From Oscillospiraceae bacterium (GTDB lineage: Bacteria > Bacillota > Clostridia > Oscillospirales > UBA644): DNA of 64,000 bases. A model generated the notes under the pieces. It had not been told where the DNA came from. It did no database searches and saw only the letters and a program-made list of their open reading frames with translations. Of this stretch, positions 1 through 9,468 are shown in pieces. The stretch spans positions 5,458 to 69,457 of the forward strand of contig CACZQB010000038.1 of NCBI GenBank assembly GCA_902783255.1, written 5' to 3'. The translations under genes were made by a program, and so were the position numbers. How positions within the stretch are numbered: the first letter of the stretch is position 1; the number at the start of each line of letters is the position of its first letter.

Positions 1-57
1 TTATAATCTATCGATGTTAATATGCGGAATTATGCGAGACGGTAGTGGAGGACGTTT

Positions 58-765
58 ATGGATGAAAAAATAATCGATTTTCACAGTCATATTCTTCCCG
101 GTGTCGATGACGGCAGTCCCGATGTTGAAACTAGCCTTGAAATGCTTCGCCTTTCTTCGGAACAAGGCGTTCATATCCAGGTATTAACACCTCACTACTA
201 TCCATGGAAGGAAGACATTTCTTCTTTTTTCGGCAGACGAGAAAAAAGCCTGTCGGTATTATCCGAGAAATCACCCTCCGAACCAAAGATCGTTTGCGGC
301 GCCGAAATTGCCTTTTTCCGTCACATGAGAGACGGTGATCTCCAACATCTTTGCATCGGAAACAGTCGTGCGATCCTCATAGAAATGCCATTTGAAAGCT
401 GGAGCAACAGCGTCGTGGACGATGTTTCTTCACTTTGTCTTGATTTGGATTACCGTGTGGTACTTGCTCATGTTGAAAGATTTATGCGATATTCGGGAAA
501 CCGACGCAAATTGCAGGATCTTTCCGCACTGCCGATAGTATATCAGATCAATGCAGAGGCATTTCTCCATTTCGGAACAAGAGGGCTGGCTGCCGATCTG
601 ATAAGATCCGGCTATGATATCATTCTTGGGAGCGACGCACATAACTGCACATCGCGAAGGCCGAATCTCGGCGAAGCTCGAATTTATATCGAAAAGCATT
701 TCGGCAAAAATTGCCTTCGCAGAATGGATGCGACAGCAATGTCTCTTCTCGAAATCCAAACATGA
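58..765 (+). CDS. cpsB: PHP-family protein-tyrosine phosphatase (CpsB/Wzh/YwqE type)
   Basis: 235 aa. Has the N-terminal HSHILPGVDDG motif and the C-terminal GSDAHN motif typical of CpsB phosphatases. GGAGGA RBS just upstream. Sits next to the CpsC/CpsD pair. Confidence 0.85.
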   Translation: MDEKIIDFHSHILPGVDDGSPDVETSLEMLRLSSEQGVHIQVLTPHYYPWKEDISSFFGRREKSLSVLSEKSPSEPKIVCGAEIAFFRHMRDGDLQHLCIGNSRAILIEMPFESWSNSVVDDVSSLCLDLDYRVVLAHVERFMRYSGNRRKLQDLSALPIVYQINAEAFLHFGTRGLAADLIRSGYDIILGSDAHNCTSRRPNLGEARIYIEKHFGKNCLRRMDATAMSLLEIQT

Positions 766-812
766 ACAGAAACTGTTAACGAAAAATATATACTTGTGCA
801 AGGAGTTTTTAA

Positions 813-1652
813 ATGAACAAAGAAAATGCAGTTGCCGACCGCAGGCGGCAGGAAACAACGGAAATCGATATTCTCGATTTGCTGACAGTCTGGAAACAGC
901 ATATTATTGTGATCGCCGTAGCCGTGTTGATCGGTGCAATCGCAGGACTTTTGTATACGCGTTTTTTTATTACGCCTATGTATACGGCAAAGTCAAGTAT
1001 TTATGTTGTATCGACCGAGGAAAACATGAATATCCAGGACCTTAACCTCGGTACTTCTCTTACAAAAGACTATGTCGAACTTCTGCAAAGCAAAATGATG
1101 CTTGAGCAGGTTGCCAATGTAACCGGAAGAGTTTATTCTCCCGGTGCTCTGAAAGGCATGCTTTCAGTAACAAACAAGGCAAACACGCGAATCGTAGAGA
1201 TACAGATCACATCCTCCGATCCCGCTAAAGCGCAGTATGTTGCAAAATCATTCGGCGAACAGGCAACAACATACCTTCCCGAAATCATAAATATGGGCGC
1301 AAAACCGCCTATTCTTATCGACTCGGCAGAGCTGCCTTCTTCTCCGAGCAATATCAGATATGGCAGAAACGCGCTTTTAGGCGCTCTTGCATGTTTAGTT
1401 ATTATTCTTGTGTTCTATACCATATTGTATTTTCTTAACGATACTTTCAATTCCGCAGAAGATGTTGAAAATTATCTCGGATTCGCCCCCATGGCAGTTA
1501 TTCCGAAAAACGGTTTGAAACATAAAGGCGCATATTCATACGAATACAAGAAGAAAAACTCCGGACAGAACAAAAAATACACGTCCCAGCCCGTAAACAC
1601 AGTGAAAAAGGAGAGCACCGATGAAACAGGTAAAAATCAAACAACTGATTGA
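813..1652 (+). CDS. cpsC: Polysaccharide co-polymerase / tyrosine-kinase modulator (Wzz, CpsC/YveK type)
   Basis: 279 aa. Hydrophobic segments near both the N- and C-termini flank a soluble domain. The gene overlaps the downstream BY-kinase by 32 nt. Confidence 0.8.
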   Translation: MNKENAVADRRRQETTEIDILDLLTVWKQHIIVIAVAVLIGAIAGLLYTRFFITPMYTAKSSIYVVSTEENMNIQDLNLGTSLTKDYVELLQSKMMLEQVANVTGRVYSPGALKGMLSVTNKANTRIVEIQITSSDPAKAQYVAKSFGEQATTYLPEIINMGAKPPILIDSAELPSSPSNIRYGRNALLGALACLVIILVFYTILYFLNDTFNSAEDVENYLGFAPMAVIPKNGLKHKGAYSYEYKKKNSGQNKKYTSQPVNTVKKESTDETGKNQTTD

Positions 1653-2319
1653 AAACGACTATTTTGTTCAGACCGAACTTGACCGTCTGCGTGTTAACGT
1701 GGGATTTACGGGCGTAGATAAAAAAGTTATCATGATATCGAGCAGCAGACCGAATGAGGGCAAGAGCTTTGTGGCAACGGGTCTCTGGCTTGAACTCGCA
1801 AAAGCAGGAAAACAAGTCTGTTTCATAGATGCCGATATGCGAAACAGTTATATGCGCAGCAATCTGAGAATGAAATTTTCAGACAGTGAAAATGGCTTCG
1901 TAGGCCTTTCACACTATCTTGCCGGAGCGAACATGGATGATATCATTTATCAGAGCAATATCGAAAATGCGTATATTATTCCTACCACTAATATAGAAAA
2001 TCCCAGTCTGCTCCTTGAAGGAGACAGATTTAAAACTCTTCTGAGCTACCTCCGCACACAGTTCGATTATATTATTATAGATACTCCGCCTCTTGATCTT
2101 ATTTCGGACGGACAGAGAATTGCCAATATCTGCGACGGATGTATTCTTGTCGTTCAGGCTCATGTTACGAGCCGCAGCGATGTTCAAAAAGTCATTTCCA
2201 TGCTTGAAGTAACGGGTTGCCCTCTTCTCGGCGTGGTATTGAATCAGCAGGAAGACAAGAAGATCGGTAAATACCGCAAATATTCTTCAAAAGAGTATAA
2301 ATATTACTACGGATCGTAA
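1621..2319 (+). CDS. cpsD: Bacterial tyrosine (BY) kinase, CpsD/Wze/YwqD type
   Basis: 232 aa. Walker A SSSRPNEGKS, Walker B-like YIIIDTPP, and a C-terminal tyrosine cluster KEYKYYYGS. Confidence 0.85.
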   Translation: MKQVKIKQLIENDYFVQTELDRLRVNVGFTGVDKKVIMISSSRPNEGKSFVATGLWLELAKAGKQVCFIDADMRNSYMRSNLRMKFSDSENGFVGLSHYLAGANMDDIIYQSNIENAYIIPTTNIENPSLLLEGDRFKTLLSYLRTQFDYIIIDTPPLDLISDGQRIANICDGCILVVQAHVTSRSDVQKVISMLEVTGCPLLGVVLNQQEDKKIGKYRKYSSKEYKYYYGS

Positions 2320-2366
2320 CATTATTTTTTTCTTCATTAAAAATACAGGGTAATAAGAGGAATATA

Positions 2367-3455
2367 ATGGATAAGACGATTTGCGATATATGCAAAGGCT
2401 TTAAGATACCCGGCACATATCTTTCATACGAAGAAATAACGGTCGGCAATGTAAATAAAACATATAAAGTTACTTATCAAGAAGCCAACGGAACATTAAA
2501 GTCGTATGTGGTCCAGCAACTTAACACCTATGTTTTCAAAAATCCTATACAGGTTATGGAAAACATAGAGAAAATAACTGAATATATACGCGAAAAAAAG
2601 CCGAACGAACCCTCTCTTCATTTTCACCATACGCTTGACAGAAAAACATACATACACGATAAAACGGGATTCTGGAGACTTTTCAATTTTATCCCGTCAT
2701 TCACATGCGATGTATGCGACGATCTTAAAATGGTAACAAGCGCAGGGGAGGCATTCGGAGAATTTCAGATGCTTCTTTCCGATTTCGACGCATCAAGCCT
2801 TTATGAAACTATCCCCGATTTTCATAACACTATAAAGAGATACGAAACTCTTGAAAAAGACAGTAAAAACGATCCTTTCGGAAGAGTAAAAGAAGTCGGC
2901 AAGGAGCTCGAATGGCTCTTTTCGGTAAAAGACAAAGCGTGCAGAATGACCGAAATGAAAAATACGGGTCTTTTGCCGCTTCGCGTAACTCATAACGATA
3001 CAAAGATCAACAACGTTCTTTTTGATAAAAATACGAAAAAAGCGCTCACGGTAATAGACCTTGACACCGTAATGCCGGGACTTGTCGGACATGATTTCGG
3101 AGACGCAATCAGATTTGCGACGAATTATGTTGAGGAAGACAGCAAAAAATACGAAGAGGCGGGAGTAAACCTTGACGTATTTACGGCATTCAGCCACGGA
3201 TTTATAAAACAAACGGTAAATTCTCTTACCGAAAACGAGCTTTCTACCCTGGCTCTCGGCGGATTTGTCCTTGCATGCGAGCTTTCAACAAGATTTCTTG
3301 ATGACTATATAACGGGCGACAGGTATTTCAAAATTCTTTACCCCGATCATAATCTTGTAAGAACAAGATGTCAGATAGCGCTTGCAAAAGATATGCTCAA
3401 AAAAATGGGCAGCATGGAAAAAATTGTCGAAGATTTTATTAAACAGTATAAATAA
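2367..3455 (+). CDS. APH-fold sugar kinase resembling N-acetylhexosamine 1-kinase (NahK/LnpB family), copy 1
   Basis: 362 aa. Catalytic-loop motif VTHNDTKINNVLFD and metal-binding IDLDTVMPG...HDFGD. This recalls the NahK-type phosphotransferase family. It is a paralog of 7381-8472. Confidence 0.6.
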   Translation: MDKTICDICKGFKIPGTYLSYEEITVGNVNKTYKVTYQEANGTLKSYVVQQLNTYVFKNPIQVMENIEKITEYIREKKPNEPSLHFHHTLDRKTYIHDKTGFWRLFNFIPSFTCDVCDDLKMVTSAGEAFGEFQMLLSDFDASSLYETIPDFHNTIKRYETLEKDSKNDPFGRVKEVGKELEWLFSVKDKACRMTEMKNTGLLPLRVTHNDTKINNVLFDKNTKKALTVIDLDTVMPGLVGHDFGDAIRFATNYVEEDSKKYEEAGVNLDVFTAFSHGFIKQTVNSLTENELSTLALGGFVLACELSTRFLDDYITGDRYFKILYPDHNLVRTRCQIALAKDMLKKMGSMEKIVEDFIKQYK

Positions 3456-3473
3456 CAGAGGTATGGATCAAAT

Positions 3474-5375
3474 ATGAAAGCAAATGCTTTAAAGCGTATC
3501 AGATGGGCGCTGTATAGTTATGACATCTTGATATTTTTTGTCATTTCCGCGCTTCTGTTTTTTGTATTCCCCGAAATAAGAGAAGGTTTTCCGTCTTCCC
3601 TCGTTCCTTTTGCAATAGGTTTTGTATCGCTGACAGTTGCAAGAATGTGTTTTAAAGTTTACGTACAGATCTTACGCTATGCAGCTGCCGGATATTATCT
3701 CAGACTTATTGCTGCAGACTTTATATCATGTTTTTTAACTGTGATATATGTTTTTTTCTTCCCGTCCGCACCGATCTCTTCTGTTCTGATCCTCTTTTTC
3801 GTTAATCTTGTATTCAGCATTACTTCACGGCTTCTTTATCAAAAAGTCTATCAGAGCAGAAACAAAAACAATATTATCGAGAAAATTGCGCTGAAACTTG
3901 TTAAAGTATTTTTCGGCGTGTCTTTTCTGAATAACGGAAATACCAATCAGCAGAAAAAAATAGCCATTATAGGCGCGGGTGAAGTGGGCACAATGCTCGC
4001 GAAAGAACTTATAAGCAATCCCGCATCCGAGTATTCTCCCGTATGCTTCGTTGACAGTGACAAATTAAAAATAAACAGATCCATCGACGATATTCCGGTC
4101 ATTTCTCCCACAGGCAACCTTAAAGCAAGGCTTGAAGACCTCGGTGTTGCGGAAGTAGTTATAGCTGTTTCAAATATTTCGAAAGACAAACGCCTCGAGC
4201 TTTATAACATATACAGGGATATTGGTTTCAAGGTTAAGACATACGATTATCCCATTTTGGACGACAATGAAGATGCCATGCGTAAAATTCACGATATAGA
4301 CATGGAAAATCTTCTTTTCCGCGAAAAAAGACATTTTATGGATGCAAAAGTCAGGTCCTTTTACAGCGGTAAAAATGTTATGATAACCGGCGGCGGCGGA
4401 TCTATAGGCTCAGAGCTGGCAAGACAGGTCGCCTCCTGCGGTCCTGCAAGGCTCACTATACTTGATGTTTACGAAAACGGCGCTTACGATATCCAGCAGG
4501 AGCTTCGCAGCATATACGGCGATAAGCTTGATATGCGTGTGGAAATCGTAAACGTCTGCGATCAGGAGCATGTAAACAAGATCTTCCGCGAACATACTCC
4601 GGATATAGTTATTCATGCCGCCGCGCACAAACATGTTCCGCTTATGGAGCGCAATGTTATTGAGGCAGTCAACAACAACGTATTCGGCACTCTCAATGTT
4701 GTCAAAGCATGCGAAACATACGGTGTAAAACGCTTTATTATGGTCAGCACCGATAAGGCTGTAAATCCCACAAATGTAATGGGCGCCACAAAACGTATGT
4801 GTGAAATGATAGTGCAGAGCCGTTCCGGCGTTTCAACATCATTTTCCGCAACAAGGTTCGGCAACGTTCTCGGCAGCAACGGATCTGTTGTTCCTCTTTT
4901 TAAGCGCCAGATCGCCAAAGGCGGTCCGATCACATTGACAGACAGACGTATCACGAGATACTTTATGACTATCCGCGAAGCTTCACAGCTCGTTTTAACA
5001 AGCGGCGCTATGGCAAAAAACGGAGAGCTTTATGTGCTTGATATGGGTGAACCTGTCAGGATCCTCGATCTTGCAGAAAGCATGATAAGATTGAGCGGTC
5101 TTACACCGTATAAAGATATAGATATCGTTGAGATCGGTCTCCGTCCCGGTGAAAAACTGTATGAAGAACTTCTTATCAAAACAGAAGAACTCGATAAGAC
5201 AGACAACGACCTTATTTTTGTTGAACGCGATAAACCTCTTGAAAAAGAAGAAATTTCAAGAAAGCTCGAGATCCTTAAAACAGCCCTGGCATCAGAAAGC
5301 AACAGGGTCGTCAAGGATGCTCTTAAAAAAGTCGTTCCCACTTACCATGACCCTAAAGAAGTAAACGAAAAATAA
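3474..5375 (+). CDS. capD: Membrane-anchored UDP-GlcNAc 4,6-dehydratase (CapD/PglF/WbpM family)
   Basis: 633 aa. N-terminal hydrophobic helices are followed by an SDR domain with ITGGGGSIGSEL and the NVMGATKRMCE active-site block. Confidence 0.85.
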   Translation: MKANALKRIRWALYSYDILIFFVISALLFFVFPEIREGFPSSLVPFAIGFVSLTVARMCFKVYVQILRYAAAGYYLRLIAADFISCFLTVIYVFFFPSAPISSVLILFFVNLVFSITSRLLYQKVYQSRNKNNIIEKIALKLVKVFFGVSFLNNGNTNQQKKIAIIGAGEVGTMLAKELISNPASEYSPVCFVDSDKLKINRSIDDIPVISPTGNLKARLEDLGVAEVVIAVSNISKDKRLELYNIYRDIGFKVKTYDYPILDDNEDAMRKIHDIDMENLLFREKRHFMDAKVRSFYSGKNVMITGGGGSIGSELARQVASCGPARLTILDVYENGAYDIQQELRSIYGDKLDMRVEIVNVCDQEHVNKIFREHTPDIVIHAAAHKHVPLMERNVIEAVNNNVFGTLNVVKACETYGVKRFIMVSTDKAVNPTNVMGATKRMCEMIVQSRSGVSTSFSATRFGNVLGSNGSVVPLFKRQIAKGGPITLTDRRITRYFMTIREASQLVLTSGAMAKNGELYVLDMGEPVRILDLAESMIRLSGLTPYKDIDIVEIGLRPGEKLYEELLIKTEELDKTDNDLIFVERDKPLEKEEISRKLEILKTALASESNRVVKDALKKVVPTYHDPKEVNEK

Positions 5376-5415
5376 CCGGATCAACAACACACAACACACT
5401 GACGGCATCAGTTTT

Positions 5416-6702
5416 GTGAAATGCCGAAAAAAACAGATGAGTAATAGTGAACTGAAAGAATCTATCAACAATAAAACAAAAAGAAAAATACCTCTTGCGT
5501 TAAAAATAATTCTTATTGTCCTGATATGTATTGCGCTTGTCGCTGCAGGACTTCTTATTTATGTTCATTCGCTTCTCAATAAAATAAACCGTCCGGATCC
5601 GAATGAGACATATATAACCGAAGAAGAACTTGCAGAAATCGAAAGACAGGAAGAAGAGGCAGAAAACGAAGAAGGCGGATTTTTTGAAATAATTCCCGAC
5701 GATGACGAAGAGCTCTGGGATCCGTTTGAAGAAAATTCTCAGACTGTAGCTGAAGACCCCGAAAATACAAATAACGAAACGGAGTCGCCGTCTGAACAGG
5801 AATCAAACGAAAACAAAAGCGAAACTTCATCCGACACATCCACCGGCAACAGCTCTTCTTCAGGCAGCAACTCTTCATCAGGAACAACCGTTACAGTAGA
5901 TAAGACCCGTGTAATTTCTCCGGATCAGATAAAATTCAATCCTCTTGACAATGCCACGATAACAGGAAAAAATCTTATCAATATCCTCCTTATAGGGCAG
6001 GACAGAAGACAGTATGAATCGACCCGTCAGCGTTCGGATGCAATGATTCTCTGCACTGTCAACAAAGAAAAGAAAACGGTCACATTAACATCGTTTGTCC
6101 GTGACATCTATGTTCAGATCCCAGGATACCAGAACAACAGAATAAATGCAGCCTTCCGTTTCGGCGGAATGAAGCTTCTCGATCAGACATTCGAAAAGAA
6201 CTTCGGCGTCAAAATTGATGCGAATGTATGCGTCGATTTCGGGCAGTTTATACAGCTTATCAATAAGCTCGGAGGAATCGATTTAGAGATCACGGATGCG
6301 GAAGCAAAAGTCCTTTCGCTTCCGTCGTCAGGCTTGGTCCATCTCACCGGCGGAAAAGCCCTGTCGTATGTCAGAATAAGAAAACTTGACTCGGATATAA
6401 AACGCTCCGAAAGACAGCGCAAGGTTTTACTTGCAATATACGAAAAATATAAAGATAAGAGCGCAACCGAGCTTTTGTCTCTGCTTGACGACATTCTTCC
6501 CATGCTTACGACTGATCTGAGCAACTGGGAAATAATAGGCTACGCAACCGAACTTTTGCCTATGTCAAAAGATTTTACCGTGATAACTCAGAGAGTTCCC
6601 ATCAATAAATCATATTATTACGCAACGATAGACGGGCGCGCACTGACGATAATAGATTTTGAAAAAAATCAGCAGTTTCTTATAGATACTCTTCTCGACT
6701 GA
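5416..6702 (+). CDS. LytR-CpsA-Psr (LCP) family polymer-to-peptidoglycan ligase
   Basis: 428 aa. One TM segment, an acidic/Ser-rich linker, and an LCP core LLIGQDRR...RSDAMILCTVN...FVRDIYVQIPGY...NRINAAF. The track start is GTG; an ATG at 5437 is an alternative start. Confidence 0.8.
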   Translation: MKCRKKQMSNSELKESINNKTKRKIPLALKIILIVLICIALVAAGLLIYVHSLLNKINRPDPNETYITEEELAEIERQEEEAENEEGGFFEIIPDDDEELWDPFEENSQTVAEDPENTNNETESPSEQESNENKSETSSDTSTGNSSSSGSNSSSGTTVTVDKTRVISPDQIKFNPLDNATITGKNLINILLIGQDRRQYESTRQRSDAMILCTVNKEKKTVTLTSFVRDIYVQIPGYQNNRINAAFRFGGMKLLDQTFEKNFGVKIDANVCVDFGQFIQLINKLGGIDLEITDAEAKVLSLPSSGLVHLTGGKALSYVRIRKLDSDIKRSERQRKVLLAIYEKYKDKSATELLSLLDDILPMLTTDLSNWEIIGYATELLPMSKDFTVITQRVPINKSYYYATIDGRALTIIDFEKNQQFLIDTLLD

Positions 6703-6730
6703 TTATCAGCGATAATTTCAGGAGCGGAAA

Positions 6731-7381
6731 ATGAAAACAATTTTGAGCGGCATCCTTGCCGGGATAAGTATTTCCTTAGGCGGAACGGTTTTTCTCCTTT
6801 GTGAATCAAAAATAATCGGGGCAATATTTTTTACCGTCGGTCTTTTTTGCGTTTGCGTATTCGGTTTTAATCTGTTCACAGGCAAAATATGCTATGTTTT
6901 CGATAACGATGCGAAATACGCGCTTAAACTTCCCCTTATATGGCTTGGCAACCTCATAGGAGCGCTTTTTACCGGCTTTATAGAAATGCAGACGAGACTT
7001 TTTCCGTCTCTTTCCGAAAAAGCGGCGTCTGTCTGTGAAACAAAGCTTTCACAAAGTCTCCTGAGTGCATTTATCCTTGCGTTTTTGTGCGATATCATGA
7101 TATATATTGCCGTCGAAGGATATAAATCGTCACAGCACGAAATAGGGAAATACCTCGCCATCTTCTTCGGCGTTACCGTTTTCGTTATCTGCGGCTTTGA
7201 ACATTGCGTCGCGAATATGTATTATTTCACGGTAGGGCAGGCGTGGAACTTGAATACAGCGCTTTATCTTCTCGTAATGACCGCAGGCAACGCCGTCGGC
7301 GGCGTATTTATCCCGCTGGTGAGAAAGCTTATTGACATAAAGCCCAAAACTTCCGAAGTTCAAAAAGAAGAAAACAGGTAA
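6731..7381 (+). CDS. Short formate/nitrite transporter (FNT) family channel
   Basis: 216 aa polytopic membrane protein with the FNT-like GFEHCVANMYYF block. Its stop overlaps the start of the next gene (TAATG). Confidence 0.6.
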   Translation: MKTILSGILAGISISLGGTVFLLCESKIIGAIFFTVGLFCVCVFGFNLFTGKICYVFDNDAKYALKLPLIWLGNLIGALFTGFIEMQTRLFPSLSEKAASVCETKLSQSLLSAFILAFLCDIMIYIAVEGYKSSQHEIGKYLAIFFGVTVFVICGFEHCVANMYYFTVGQAWNLNTALYLLVMTAGNAVGGVFIPLVRKLIDIKPKTSEVQKEENR

Positions 7382-8472
7382 TGGAAGAGAAAATAAAAGA
7401 GATCTGCAGATCATTCGGAATACCAGGCAAACCCGTATCGTATAAAGAAATAACCGTCGGCAACGTTAACAAAACGTATAAAGTAGATTTTGTCTGCGAA
7501 AACGGCACTGTAAAATCATATGTTGTCCAGCAGATAAACACATATGTTTTCCGAAACCCTGCGCAGGTAATGGCAAACATAGAGAAAATAACAGAGCATA
7601 TTAATAAAAAGAAGCCCGACGGATCGTTTCTTCATTACCTTCACACGCCCGAAGGTGAAACATATATACACGATAAAACAGGGTATTGGCGGATTTGCGG
7701 TTACATACCATCAATAACTTTCAGCGTATGTGACGACCTCGAAGCGGTTTGCAGCGCAGGGGAAGCATTCGGTGAATTCCAGCAGCTTCTTTCGGACTTT
7801 GACGCCTCTACTCTTTTCGAAACCATTCCTGATTTTCATAATACCGTGAAGAGATACAAAACACTTGAAAAGGACGTTCAAAACGATCCCTTGGGCAGAG
7901 TAAAAGAAGTAAAAAGAGAACTCGACTGGCTCTTTTCGGTAAAAGAAATAGCGTGTAAAATGACTGAAATGAAAAACGCAGGTCTTTTGCCGCTTCGCGT
8001 AACTCATAACGATACGAAGATAAACAACGTTCTTTTCGATAAAGAAACAAAGAAAGCGCTTACGGTAATAGATCTTGATACCGTAATGCCCGGTCTTGCA
8101 GGACACGATTTCGGCGACGCTATAAGATCTGCCGCAAACTATGTTGCAGAAGATAGTAAAGAATATGAAAAGGCGGGAGTAAATCTTGACATTTTCAAAG
8201 CGTTTGCCAAAGGGTTTATAAGCAAAACGGCACATACTCTTACGGAAAACGAGCTTTCAACACTTTCGCTCGGTTGCTTTGTTTTAGCGTGCGAACAGGC
8301 TGTCAGATTCGTTGATGATTATGTAACCGGCGATAAGTATTACAAAACAACTTATCCCGAACATAATCTTGACAGAACAAGAACTCAGACAGCTCTCGCA
8401 AAGGATATGCTTGATAAGATGGACGCCATGAACTCAATTGTTCGTTATATCCTTACAGAATGCGGGAAATGA
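7381..8472 (+). CDS. APH-fold sugar kinase resembling N-acetylhexosamine 1-kinase, copy 2
   Basis: 363 aa. Colinear with 2367-3455; 40 of the first 60 residues are identical by hand count. Same HNDTKINNVLFD and IDLDTVMPG motifs, and the two genes share a 34-nt exact DNA match. Confidence 0.6.
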   Translation: MEEKIKEICRSFGIPGKPVSYKEITVGNVNKTYKVDFVCENGTVKSYVVQQINTYVFRNPAQVMANIEKITEHINKKKPDGSFLHYLHTPEGETYIHDKTGYWRICGYIPSITFSVCDDLEAVCSAGEAFGEFQQLLSDFDASTLFETIPDFHNTVKRYKTLEKDVQNDPLGRVKEVKRELDWLFSVKEIACKMTEMKNAGLLPLRVTHNDTKINNVLFDKETKKALTVIDLDTVMPGLAGHDFGDAIRSAANYVAEDSKEYEKAGVNLDIFKAFAKGFISKTAHTLTENELSTLSLGCFVLACEQAVRFVDDYVTGDKYYKTTYPEHNLDRTRTQTALAKDMLDKMDAMNSIVRYILTECGK

Positions 8473-8607
8473 ATTGCATGAGGATAAATAAAATGAAGAA
8501 TGAGATTAAGATAATTCTGGCTACTGACGGACTCGAAGTTCGCTTTTAATATATTCAATATAATTATAATTAAAAATACAACACAAGTCTTTCTTTAAGG
8601 TGTTGTA

Positions 8608-9468
8608 TTGAGGAACATAAGTATGAATCCATGGTTAATCGTATTACTTGTCATATTAGGACTTTTCCTTGTCCTGGAAATCATCGCATTGATTAAAAGA
8701 CCGGGGAGCAGATATAAAAATCACCCGGCCGAACAGAATCCCATGCAGGGAAAAATGGTTCGGTTCGTAGAAGATGAAAACGACAAATTGAACGCTGACG
8801 GTAAGAGCGGCCATCTCGAAGCAATCGGAGATTCTTCGCATAAAGCAGGATTATATGAAAAAGTATTTAAGCGAATTTTCGATGTCGTTTTATCCTTTGG
8901 AGGGCTTGTCGTCCTGTCTCCTGTTTTCCTTATACTGTCTTTATGGATTATTATCGATGATCCGGGGCCCGTACTCTTTACTCAGAAAAGAGTCGGTAAG
9001 GATAAACAGTATTTTAAACTTCATAAATTCCGCTCCATGAAAATGTCAACGCCGCACGACAGACCGACACACATGCTTGAAAACCCCGAACAATATATAA
9101 CAAAAGCAGGTAAATTCATTCGCGCTCACAGCCTGGACGAGCTTCCGCAAATATGGGATATTTTTATCGGCAATATGTCTGTTATCGGACCGCGCCCCGG
9201 ACTGTGGAATCAGGATTGGCTGACGGCATGCAGAGACGAGTATGGTGCGAACGATATTAAGCCCGGACTTACAGGGTGGGCACAGATCAACGGACGCGAT
9301 GAGCTTGAAATACCTGAAAAAGCGAAACTTGACGGAGAATATACAAAAAACCTGAGTTTTAAGATGGATTGCAAATGCTTTCTTGGCAGCCTTCACGTAT
9401 TCGGTAAAGACGACAGCGTAGTCGAAGGCGGTACCGGTGAAATCAAGAAACAGGAGAATGCCAAATGA
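8608..9468 (+). CDS. Initiating phosphoglycosyl transferase (bacterial sugar transferase, CapM/PglC/EpsL-like)
   Basis: 286 aa. N-terminal TM plus KLHKFRSM and DELPQIWDIFIGNMSVIGPRP motifs. The track start is TTG. An ATG at 8623, with GAGGA 8 nt upstream, is the more likely start. Confidence 0.85.
   Translation: MRNISMNPWLIVLLVILGLFLVLEIIALIKRPGSRYKNHPAEQNPMQGKMVRFVEDENDKLNADGKSGHLEAIGDSSHKAGLYEKVFKRIFDVVLSFGGLVVLSPVFLILSLWIIIDDPGPVLFTQKRVGKDKQYFKLHKFRSMKMSTPHDRPTHMLENPEQYITKAGKFIRAHSLDELPQIWDIFIGNMSVIGPRPGLWNQDWLTACRDEYGANDIKPGLTGWAQINGRDELEIPEKAKLDGEYTKNLSFKMDCKCFLGSLHVFGKDDSVVEGGTGEIKKQENAK

Noticed and set aside
5640-5890. Apparent repetitive acidic and Ser/Asn-rich stretch that might have been a DNA tandem repeat.
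   Set aside because: It is low-complexity coding sequence (the linker of the LCP protein), and I could find no exact nucleotide repeat unit.
7711-8235. 174-aa antisense ORF inside kinase copy 2, with a similar 139-aa one (2793-3212) inside copy 1.
   Set aside because: The two resemble each other only because the sense genes are paralogs. Both lie antisense within the coding sequence of well-supported sense genes and lack start contexts.
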